NCBI GenBank assembly: GCA_030524345.1
Contig: JAUNGP010000002.1
Location: forward strand, 30,514 to 94,513
From: Clostridia bacterium
GTDB taxonomy: Bacteria; Bacillota; Clostridia; TANB77; CAG-465
Direction: 5' to 3'
Length of the DNA: 64,000 nt
Below are positions 20,784 to 28,901 of the stretch, piece after piece (position 1 is the stretch's first letter; every line of letters starts with the position of its first letter). Below the pieces are notes generated by a model. It made no database searches. It saw nothing but the letters and a program-made list of their open reading frames with translations, and was not told the DNA's origin. Both the position numbers and the translations under genes were made by a program.

Positions 20784-20852
20784 TTTACGTCAAAATTACG
20801 TTAAGGTCAAAAAATAAGAGTCCACAATCTCTTGCAACTCTAATAAAATACT

Positions 20853-20899
20853 TGATTACGGGAATAGGAATCTAACCTACAGCCCTCAATTTATGGGCC
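20853..20899 (-). pseudogene. Degenerate 3' half of tRNA-Met(CAT), att-site remnant
   Basis: Minus strand GGCCCATAAATTGAGGGCTGTAGGTTAGATTCCTATTCCCGTAATCA aligns by eye to the initiator tRNA 3' half (CAT anticodon, GTAGG/CCTAT T-stem, TCCCG acceptor, CCA>TCA); 5' half absent. Confidence 0.7.
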
Positions 20900-20901
20900 T
20901 T

Positions 20902-22785
20902 TTACTTCTTCTTTTTTCCATAATATTTCTCTTTGATACACATCAATGTAGCATACTCATGCTTACAATTTTGCTCATATGGGCAATTACATTCCATCTT
21001 TTGAATATTTCCCTGTCCATCACAATATATATTTACCTCGTATTCATTGATAAAACTTGCCCCTTGTACAAATGCAGTATATTTATCTTCTGCTTTATTA
21101 CAGCTATATACCATATTAGCTTCATAATAATCTAGGCCTCTATAAATAATTTTTTCTTCAAACAAAGATTCTATATCTCCTTGAATATTGACTACTCTTT
21201 CTCTTTTATACAATATTTCTGGCTCTTTATACTTTGTCAAGTCTTCATTGATATTTAGTAAATGGTTGATCCTCTCCTTAAAATCTTTGATCACTTCTTG
21301 GTCTTTCAATTCCAGTAAAGCATCATATATTTCTTTTGGAAATTCTTCTATTGGTAAATTGGTTTCTTCCATCCACTCTTCTAATATAGACAGTGCACTA
21401 TCTCTAGGTCCCATCACTTTACATTTTAGTCCTGCCACAATAATTTTTATTCCTTTAAACTGAAAAGGAGACAATACAAATATGGCATTTTTTAAATTCT
21501 CGTAATAGTCATCTGAATAAGTCATAACAGGCTCCACATTTTTTGTGATTTTATTTTCATCCACTCCATTTTCAAGTAGCATGATAATTTTATCCCTTGC
21601 CTCTTTACGTCCCATCAAATACCCTAAGCAAAAACTAAGTTCAAATGGCTTCTCCTTAAATCTAGCATATACCTCATCATATAACTCCATATTAGCATAA
21701 TAATTAAGAATCGATGTACAGATAATAACTTCCTCAACAGAGCCATTTTTTACTTTATCGCAGAGTATTTCAAATACCTCTCCTTCTGCAAACAACTTAC
21801 TAATGTATAAAAGCATGTTAATTTCATCATCTGTGTTTTCGGCCTTATTCGTAAGATGCACACTAATTAATAATGCTACTTTTAAAAACTCAATGTTATA
21901 CTTAAATCCCTCCAGCTTTCTTAAAAAATCAGTTAAAATTTCCATATAATTATCATATAGTCTATCAATTACAAAATTAGGATGCGTAATAATCAATCCC
22001 TCAATTATTTTACAGATCCCACTAAACTCATCCTCAGTTAACCTATCTCTTTTTAGTACCTCTGCCAGATGAATCTTTTCTGCAACTTCTAGTGCAATTT
22101 TAGAATATGCGATATCGTTATCTACACCAGAAGTAATAAGCCACTCTTTTATCGTATCAGAGGTAGGCACAAGGCTTCTTACAACCATAATCTTTCCCCA
22201 GCCTTTTAGCTTTTTAGCTAGTATAAACCTAATATCATTAGCATTCTTAAGAGTAGAAACAGCAATATCTACAAAGAAAGTAAACTCTTCACATAAAGCA
22301 AGTTTCATTAAAACAGCAATGATTTCATCATTATCAGAAAAATCGGCAGTACCAAAGATTGCAATACCAAGTTTTACAGCTTCAATTTGGCGAGACTTTG
22401 TCATAAGAATCAGTGCAAATCTATATAGTAATTCTTCATCTATATTTTCCACATTTTCAATAATGAATTGAATCATTTCATCAATTGTATAAATTACTCT
22501 ATCCTCTTGAGCATCCTTTGTAGAAAAATACATATCTACTCTTCTAAGATCATCTAATAAAGTATCTTCATCTAAATTTAAAACAATATCTATGATCAAC
22601 TTCAAAAGTCTTTTGTTAGTTTCATGCTCTTCGACCATAGAAGCAATATTATCTCCTAAACCTAGTTCAAATATCGGTATACTTTCTCCATTGATATAAT
22701 CGTCTAAGTTAAATCTACTATCAAGAGTTCCATTTCTCTTAATAGATTCATCAATATGCTCATATATACTTTTTAGCTCTTTCAA
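20902..22785 (-). CDS. Helical-repeat hypothetical protein with C-terminal SWIM zinc finger
   Basis: RGLDYY...VQG...YEV...CNCPYEQNCKH (SWIM); N-terminal AVKLGIAIFG...EEFTFF...GWGKI. Confidence 0.75.
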   Translation of the reverse strand: MKELKSIYEHIDESIKRNGTLDSRFNLDDYINGESIPIFELGLGDNIASMVEEHETNKRLLKLIIDIVLNLDEDTLLDDLRRVDMYFSTKDAQEDRVIYTIDEMIQFIIENVENIDEELLYRFALILMTKSRQIEAVKLGIAIFGTADFSDNDEIIAVLMKLALCEEFTFFVDIAVSTLKNANDIRFILAKKLKGWGKIMVVRSLVPTSDTIKEWLITSGVDNDIAYSKIALEVAEKIHLAEVLKRDRLTEDEFSGICKIIEGLIITHPNFVIDRLYDNYMEILTDFLRKLEGFKYNIEFLKVALLISVHLTNKAENTDDEINMLLYISKLFAEGEVFEILCDKVKNGSVEEVIICTSILNYYANMELYDEVYARFKEKPFELSFCLGYLMGRKEARDKIIMLLENGVDENKITKNVEPVMTYSDDYYENLKNAIFVLSPFQFKGIKIIVAGLKCKVMGPRDSALSILEEWMEETNLPIEEFPKEIYDALLELKDQEVIKDFKERINHLLNINEDLTKYKEPEILYKRERVVNIQGDIESLFEEKIIYRGLDYYEANMVYSCNKAEDKYTAFVQGASFINEYEVNIYCDGQGNIQKMECNCPYEQNCKHEYATLMCIKEKYYGKKKK

Positions 22786-23029
22786 AATATCAACCTCTTT
22801 TTACACTATAAAAATTATATAATATAACCATTTATTTTACAATTGAATTCTAATAAAAATAAATAATAGTCAAATTTTTTCAACATGATGAAAAAACTAC
22901 TTTTACTTATTTTAGAAAAAATATATCTATTTTTCTGCATAGAAATTTCATCTCTCCTTATATCTTTTCCAAAACTTATGTTATAATACAAATAGAATCA
23001 CTAAACGGTGATCGAAAGAAGGTATTTAT

Positions 23030-23572
23030 ATGGAATCAACAATAACAGATCTTATCACAAGAAGAAGTATTAGAAAATTTAAACCAGAGCAAATAAAAAA
23101 AGAAGAATTAAATAAAATCCTAGAAGCAGGTACATATGCACCAAGTGGAATGGGAGCACAATCATCAAAAATAGTTGTAATACAAGATAAAGATACAAAG
23201 AATAAACTTTCCAAAATGAACGCAAATATCATATTTCCAGATGGTTCAAAGGAAAACTTTGATCCCTTTTATGGAGCTCCAACCATTGTTTTAGTTTTAG
23301 CAGATCCAAATGTTAAAACCTATATAGAAGATGGTAGCTTAGTCTTAGGTAACCTAATGAATGCAGCTCATGCTATTGGAATTGGCTCTTGTTGGATTCA
23401 TAGAGCAAAAGAAGAATTCGAATCTTCTGAAGGAAAAGAACTATTAAAAAAATGGAATATACCTGATTCTTATGTGGGTGTTGGGCACTGCATTCTAGGA
23501 TATCCTGCTGATAATATTCTTCCAACTGCTAAGCCTAGAAAATCTGACTATATCGTATATATTAAGGAGTGA
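23030..23572 (+). CDS. Nitroreductase family protein
   Basis: TRRSIRKF, APSGMG.Q, PFYGAP, GIGSCWI, LGYP. Confidence 0.92.
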   Translation: MESTITDLITRRSIRKFKPEQIKKEELNKILEAGTYAPSGMGAQSSKIVVIQDKDTKNKLSKMNANIIFPDGSKENFDPFYGAPTIVLVLADPNVKTYIEDGSLVLGNLMNAAHAIGIGSCWIHRAKEEFESSEGKELLKKWNIPDSYVGVGHCILGYPADNILPTAKPRKSDYIVYIKE

Positions 23573-23576
23573 ATAT

Positions 23577-24236
23577 ATGTTAATTAAAGTAAACAATATC
23601 AATATCAACTATGAAGTATATGGTGCAGGAACACCTATCCTATTAGTACATGGAAATAGTGAAACACATGAGATATTTGATAAATTAATTGAAAAGCTAC
23701 AGTCAAATTATAAAGTATATGCAATTGATAGTAGATGTCATGGAAAAAGTGAAAAAACAAAAGAGATATCCTATGATCTAATGGCAGAAGATACCATTTG
23801 TTTTATCAAAGAATTGAATATACAAAAACCCATTTTTTATGGATTTAGTGATGGTGGAATTATAGGACTTTTAGTAGCCATTAAAGAACCTACTCTCCTT
23901 TCAAAATTAATCATCAGCGGAGCAAATATATCGCCTGATGCTATCAGTAAAAAGTTTTTAATATTTGCCAAAGTTGCCTACTTTTTTACTAGAAACAAAT
24001 TATTTAAAATGATGTTAAATGAACCTAATATTCCAATTCAAGATTTACAAAAAATAAATATTCCCACATATGTTCTTGCAGGAGAAAAAGATATTATCCC
24101 TTTAAAACATACAAAAATGATTGCCGATAACATAAAAAATAGCACTTTAAAAATATTAGAAGGAGAAAACCACGGCAGTTACATTATACATAATGAAAAA
24201 TTATATGAAATTATAAGAGAATACTTATCATTTTAA
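23577..24236 (+). CDS. Alpha/beta hydrolase
   Basis: HGNSE, DSRCHGKS, GFSDGG nucleophile elbow, GEKD, H. Confidence 0.9.
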   Translation: MLIKVNNININYEVYGAGTPILLVHGNSETHEIFDKLIEKLQSNYKVYAIDSRCHGKSEKTKEISYDLMAEDTICFIKELNIQKPIFYGFSDGGIIGLLVAIKEPTLLSKLIISGANISPDAISKKFLIFAKVAYFFTRNKLFKMMLNEPNIPIQDLQKINIPTYVLAGEKDIIPLKHTKMIADNIKNSTLKILEGENHGSYIIHNEKLYEIIREYLSF

Positions 24237-24293
24237 TAAAAACATTCTAAGGTTTAGATCTATTAAAATAGTATGATAAAATAAATTTGGAAG

Positions 24294-26261
24294 GTGAATT
24301 GTATGGATAAAAAAATATTAGAATATTGTGGTATATATGAAACTCACAAATTAGAAATGGAAAAAGAAAAGGTCATTTTGAAAGTAAAGGACAGTATTGT
24401 AAAAGAGATACACAAACCCATTAATAAAATATACATATATGGGCAGTATGCTTGGGGGAAAACCCAAGATACAAATCATTGTAATGTTATGATGTATTTT
24501 GACGTAAGGCTCAAAGATTTAGATGCCTACAATGAAATACTAGAAAAATATAATAAGGAATACACAAACATCACCTTTTCTTTGTGCTCTTTATGCCAAT
24601 TTGAAAAAAGAAAAAATGTTCCAACAGAATATGAATATTATGTGTTTCATCATGGTATATTAATCTATGATGATAAAAGAAAAACAAATATCCATGAAAA
24701 AGTAGTAACAAACTATGGAGCTGCGATGGATACTTATAGATATTTAGTAAATTCTATTGCAATTACTGAAAAATCAATTGATCCTTCTCTTTGTTCTCTA
24801 TTAAATATCTATTTCTTAAAAAGAGGGTATTTTTATCAAACTGAACTTTATGATTTAGAAAAATATATTGGATTTGCCAAATTAATCAGCAACGAAACAG
24901 ATTTGATCATTCATCTCATTAATAATTATAAAAAATCCACTTCTTTTAAAGAAAAAGTAGCTATGTATAACTCTTTGAAAAAATATATATTAGAACAAAA
25001 GCAGAAAAAATTTGACTTAAATTTAAAATATCGTCCATCTATGCATATATATGATGTATTAAATGAATATAAACAAAATGGTGGTACCCTACTTGTAAAT
25101 GAAATCACTCCAGAAGAACTCTATACAATGTATAATTTAGAAAAGATAACTGCCGATAGGCTGATGGATTTATACAATATGTCTAGTAACCAATATAACT
25201 ATCTAAAGAATAAATACAAAATAAAAATTTTATCTGGAATTGTTAGAGAAGAAGCTCCCTACATAAAAAAACTACTAAACGACCCTAATTTTACCACATC
25301 TTATTCTGAACTAAAGGAATATGGTATTATTGTTTTTGAGCCACTAATTAAAATCATTTTGGAATATATGCGTGATGGTAGTATATATCTATTACATGAA
25401 TTCTTTAAATTTTGTGATTTATATGAAGCAACAATAAACGAAAATATGATATACAGAGGATATATCAAATATTACAGAGCAGTCATTTGCTTAACTTTTC
25501 TAACAGAAAATAGGTTTGTTGATGAAACAGGTTACTATGAATATCAAATAACCAATAAAGGTATAGAATTATTAAATGAGATGCAATACCAAGATACAAT
25601 TACACTCCCTGATATCTATCATCTTTTTTCTGATATAACTTTTTATGGTACTTATTTAGACAATCTTGAGAAAGTCCCTTTACCTAATACACTGGACAAG
25701 CCTTTCATAAACACTATCAAAGATAAAGAAGTAAAAGAAATGGCAAATTTTCCAGAACAAGTAAATCTAACTGAGGTTACCTTTGAGAAAAGTAAATCAA
25801 AAAAAGCATTAAGAAAGAAAGAAAATTTTGTACCAATCAAAACAGACTTTACTAAAATGAATCAAACAAAATCCGATATTGGAAAATATGGAGAAGAACT
25901 TGTCTTAGAATATGAAAAAAATAAACTAATTAGTTTAGGACATGAAGAACTTGCCGACAAGGTCATATGGATATCCCAAGAAATTGGAGATGGAGCGGGA
26001 TATGATATTATTTCTTATGAATGCATCAATGGAAAATTTGAACAAATCTATATTGAAGTAAAGACTACTGTAAATAGCCATAATACTGAATTTGATATTA
26101 CTCTCAATGAAATCAATGCCTCTAATTTATATAAAGAGAAATACTATATTTATAGAATTGGAAACATACATGGCAAAAATCCTAAATTTTATAAAGAAAA
26201 TGGACGAATTGAAGATAATTATGATTTAATTCCTACACAATTTAAGGCAATTAAAAAATAG
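24294..26261 (+). CDS. Multidomain DUF3883 (PD-(D/E)XK) nuclease with degenerate MNT/HEPN-like N-terminus and Mrr_N-like winged helix
   Basis: C-terminal GKYGEELVLEYEK...GDGAGYDIISY...IEVKTT...ITLNE; middle IILEYMRDG...YQITNKGIELL; N-terminal KIYIYGQYAWG. Confidence 0.75.
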   Translation: MNCMDKKILEYCGIYETHKLEMEKEKVILKVKDSIVKEIHKPINKIYIYGQYAWGKTQDTNHCNVMMYFDVRLKDLDAYNEILEKYNKEYTNITFSLCSLCQFEKRKNVPTEYEYYVFHHGILIYDDKRKTNIHEKVVTNYGAAMDTYRYLVNSIAITEKSIDPSLCSLLNIYFLKRGYFYQTELYDLEKYIGFAKLISNETDLIIHLINNYKKSTSFKEKVAMYNSLKKYILEQKQKKFDLNLKYRPSMHIYDVLNEYKQNGGTLLVNEITPEELYTMYNLEKITADRLMDLYNMSSNQYNYLKNKYKIKILSGIVREEAPYIKKLLNDPNFTTSYSELKEYGIIVFEPLIKIILEYMRDGSIYLLHEFFKFCDLYEATINENMIYRGYIKYYRAVICLTFLTENRFVDETGYYEYQITNKGIELLNEMQYQDTITLPDIYHLFSDITFYGTYLDNLEKVPLPNTLDKPFINTIKDKEVKEMANFPEQVNLTEVTFEKSKSKKALRKKENFVPIKTDFTKMNQTKSDIGKYGEELVLEYEKNKLISLGHEELADKVIWISQEIGDGAGYDIISYECINGKFEQIYIEVKTTVNSHNTEFDITLNEINASNLYKEKYYIYRIGNIHGKNPKFYKENGRIEDNYDLIPTQFKAIKK

Positions 26262-26269
26262 TATCAAGG

Positions 26270-26299
26270 AAAGAGCGCTGTAATGAAATAGCGTTCTTT
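26270..26299 (+). terminator. Rho-independent terminator
   Basis: AAAGAGCGCTG/TAGCGTTCTTT hairpin after the DUF3883 gene. Confidence 0.65.
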
Positions 26300-26413
26300 C
26301 ATAATCAATTTCATATTTTATATAACCTTCTTTTTCATTAAATAAAAGTATATTATTCTAATTCTCACTTATGAAATTATCAATCGATTTTTTCAAAACA
26401 CTTATCATGAAGA

Positions 26414-26474
26414 TGACCACTACTATCATAGTAGTGGTCAGAGCTTTACGGCATGTTGCCTTATCATACTAGCC
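26414..26474 (-). repeat. 27-bp hairpin with perfect 12-bp arms, possible IS200/IS605-end remnant
   Basis: TGACCACTACTA-TCA-TAGTAGTGGTCA preceded on minus strand by GGCTAGTATGATAAGGCAACATGCCGTAAAGCTC. Confidence 0.4.
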
Positions 26475-26527
26475 TATATGTTTTATATAAATTATATATA
26501 CAACATTTTTATTTTTTTGTCAATAAA

Positions 26528-27007
26528 CTACATGGCAAAAATTTTTCCACATGCAATCATTTCTCCAGAATTTCCACTAGGCTGCGTTTTAAGATCATCT
26601 GGCATCCTATGTACAATAACAACCTTATCAATAATATCTTTTACAGTAAAGCGATTCGTAAAAAATGACATATAAGCATATCCATTATTTCCAAATAACG
26701 GTGGCATATCCCCTGAATGATAAGGATGAATACATTCTGTTTTGTTATAATGTGTTTTTGCATCAGCAAATGGATTTTCATTTGTACCTGTACAACTTTC
26801 ACCTTCATGAATATGAAATCCATAAATTCCACCATTGCAACTATCTGCTTCATACGGTAATCCATGAATCTCTGTTGTAACGAGGACACCGTCTTTTAGT
26901 TGTTTAAAACTAACTTTTCCATACAAATTAGGATATTGGCTACTCCCTTTGATTTTTGCAAAAGCAAAGTTATCTATTCTTATATTTCGCTTATTTAAGT
27001 TATGCAT
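26528..27007 (-). CDS. sodC: Cu/Zn superoxide dismutase family protein
   Basis: GFHIHE, HYN...HPYHSGD, VHRMPDD, GNSG.MIACG; likely start 27007 after GGAGG. Confidence 0.9.
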   Translation of the reverse strand: MHNLNKRNIRIDNFAFAKIKGSSQYPNLYGKVSFKQLKDGVLVTTEIHGLPYEADSCNGGIYGFHIHEGESCTGTNENPFADAKTHYNKTECIHPYHSGDMPPLFGNNGYAYMSFFTNRFTVKDIIDKVVIVHRMPDDLKTQPSGNSGEMIACGKIFAM

Positions 27008-27229
27008 AATTTCTCCTCCTAATATCATTATATGTTATATTCTTTTACCTGTTATTTTTTGTGTCATTTTTTTCACAATGTGAAACTTCTGTGAAGTTTT
27101 ATGTAAAATATTGATTCTTCTAAAAATAGTAGTATAATATATAACATAAGGGAAATAATATTGAAAGTGAACCCTTATATGTGCTTATCTATAATGGTTC
27201 AACACATAAATTTAAAGGAGTGATGTTTT

Positions 27230-27652
27230 ATGATGATGATACCAAGAAGAAGAGACAATTTTGATTTATTTGATGATCTATTTTCAGATCCATTCTTTGA
27301 GAAAAGAGAAAATAAGCTAATGAGAACAGATATTAAAGAAAAAGGTGATCATTATTTAATAGATATTGATTTACCTGGATATGATAAAGATAATATAAAA
27401 ATATCTATTGATAATGGATATCTAACAATTAGTGCAAGTATGGATAAAAAAGTAGAGAATGAAAAAGAAGGTAAGTTTATCCATCAAGAAAGGTATATCG
27501 GTGAATGTTCTAGAAGTTTCTATGTAGGCGACACTCTAAAAGAAAGCGATATCAAAGCAAGCTTTAAGAACGGAACTTTAAAAATTACATTACCAAAACA
27601 AAAACAAGAAAAAATTGAAAAAGAAAAGAAATACATCCCAATTGATGAATAA
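27230..27652 (+). CDS. Hsp20/alpha-crystallin small heat-shock protein
   Basis: MRTDIKE, IDLPG, ERYIGECSRSFYVG, ASFKNGTLKITLPK. Confidence 0.93.
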   Translation: MMMIPRRRDNFDLFDDLFSDPFFEKRENKLMRTDIKEKGDHYLIDIDLPGYDKDNIKISIDNGYLTISASMDKKVENEKEGKFIHQERYIGECSRSFYVGDTLKESDIKASFKNGTLKITLPKQKQEKIEKEKKYIPIDE

Positions 27653-27679
27653 GATTATATAATAATATCCAAAAAATAC

Positions 27680-28096
27680 CTAGGTTATATTCCTAGGTAT
27701 TTTTCTGTTTAAGAACTTTTCAATTAATTCCAAGTCTCTTAAATCCTTTGGCCTATTTAACATTTGCTTTAGCCTAATAATTGCAGGTATACTCTGAACT
27801 CTGATTCCATCTATCATAACAAAGTCATCTATATCTTCACTATAATAATTGGTACTAAAATTAATGATCCCATGAATATAGTAAATATTGACATGATTTT
27901 TGTCATCATATCTTTCAAGTTCACACTCATAATGCTCTTCCAAATATTGATAATATTTACGTGTTACACTAATATCGATATCTTTAGTCTCCTCTTTAAT
28001 CCCATGAATTACAAGAGCAGCACTAGATATTACTAAATACTCTTTCTCATCAAAGTCGTATTTTTTTAGTTCTTCTATGATTTCAGTCCTTTTCAT
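27680..28096 (-). CDS. Nucleotidyltransferase-like hypothetical protein
   Basis: SSAALVIHGI...KDIDI, NRPKDLRDL; likely start MKRTEII at 28096. Confidence 0.65.
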   Translation of the reverse strand: MKRTEIIEELKKYDFDEKEYLVISSAALVIHGIKEETKDIDISVTRKYYQYLEEHYECELERYDDKNHVNIYYIHGIINFSTNYYSEDIDDFVMIDGIRVQSIPAIIRLKQMLNRPKDLRDLELIEKFLNRKIPRNIT

Positions 28097-28107
28097 AATC
28101 TTTCCTA

Positions 28108-28782
28108 CTAGCTCTGATTTCCAGTATAAAATAGTCCTGCAAGTTTTGACATAGGCATTGTCTGAATCCAAACTGTACCAGGTCCAGTAAGTGTAGTAAG
28201 AAACAATCCTTCTCCACCAAAAAGTACATTTTTAACGCCTTTTACAGTTTCGATATCAAGTTTTACATCTTTTGTCATTGCTGCTAAATAACCATTATCT
28301 ACTTTGATTTTTTCTCCAGCATTTAGTTCCCTTTTTACAACATTGCCATCAATTTCTAAATATACTTTCCCAGGACCAGTTATCCTTTGCATAATGAAAC
28401 CTTCACCGCCAAAAAAGCCAGCACCAATTTTCTTCCTAAACTGCATTGCAATATCTACACTTTTCTCACCACATAAAAAGGCTCTTTTTTGTGCAATAAT
28501 AGATTCACCTTCTGCCAAATCAAACTCTAAAATATCTCCCGGAAAAGATGAAGCAAATGCTATTTCAACATTATCTCTTTTGGCAGTATATTCATTCATA
28601 AAAATAGACTCACCGGCTAATGCTCTACCAAATCCTTTCATCAGTCCACCATTGGTATTGGTAGACATTTCAAATCCGTCATCCATCCAGCTCATTCCAC
28701 CATTTTCAGTAATAACAGATTCACCTTTTTTCAATTTACATGTAACAACAGGTAATCCATTTCCTAATATTCTTGCTTCCAT
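28108..28782 (-). CDS. TIGR00266/AIM24 family protein
   Basis: GGMSWM, RALAGESIF, FFGGEGF, LFGGEGLFLTTLTGPG. Confidence 0.9.
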   Translation of the reverse strand: MEARILGNGLPVVTCKLKKGESVITENGGMSWMDDGFEMSTNTNGGLMKGFGRALAGESIFMNEYTAKRDNVEIAFASSFPGDILEFDLAEGESIIAQKRAFLCGEKSVDIAMQFRKKIGAGFFGGEGFIMQRITGPGKVYLEIDGNVVKRELNAGEKIKVDNGYLAAMTKDVKLDIETVKGVKNVLFGGEGLFLTTLTGPGTVWIQTMPMSKLAGLFYTGNQS

Positions 28783-28901
28783 ACAAGTTCCTCCTTAATA
28801 ATATTTTATTATAGTATTTCAATTTTTGCTAATAGTATAATATCACAAATAATACATGTTGGCAAGTAAAAAGCCATAAACCAAGGTTTATGACTCTTTA
28901 T

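Larger units (their letters stand above)
14206..20899. mobile_element. Decayed integrative element (tyrosine-integrase island)
   Basis: Integrase pseudogene at right end; tRNA-Met 3'-half remnant 20853-20899; tandem TCCCCA repeats at 14341-14358 and 20767-20783; possible 7-bp cores TTTTGGG (14206-14212) and TTATGGG (20891-20897); accessory cargo; lies between convergent chromosomal genes. Confidence 0.7.
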
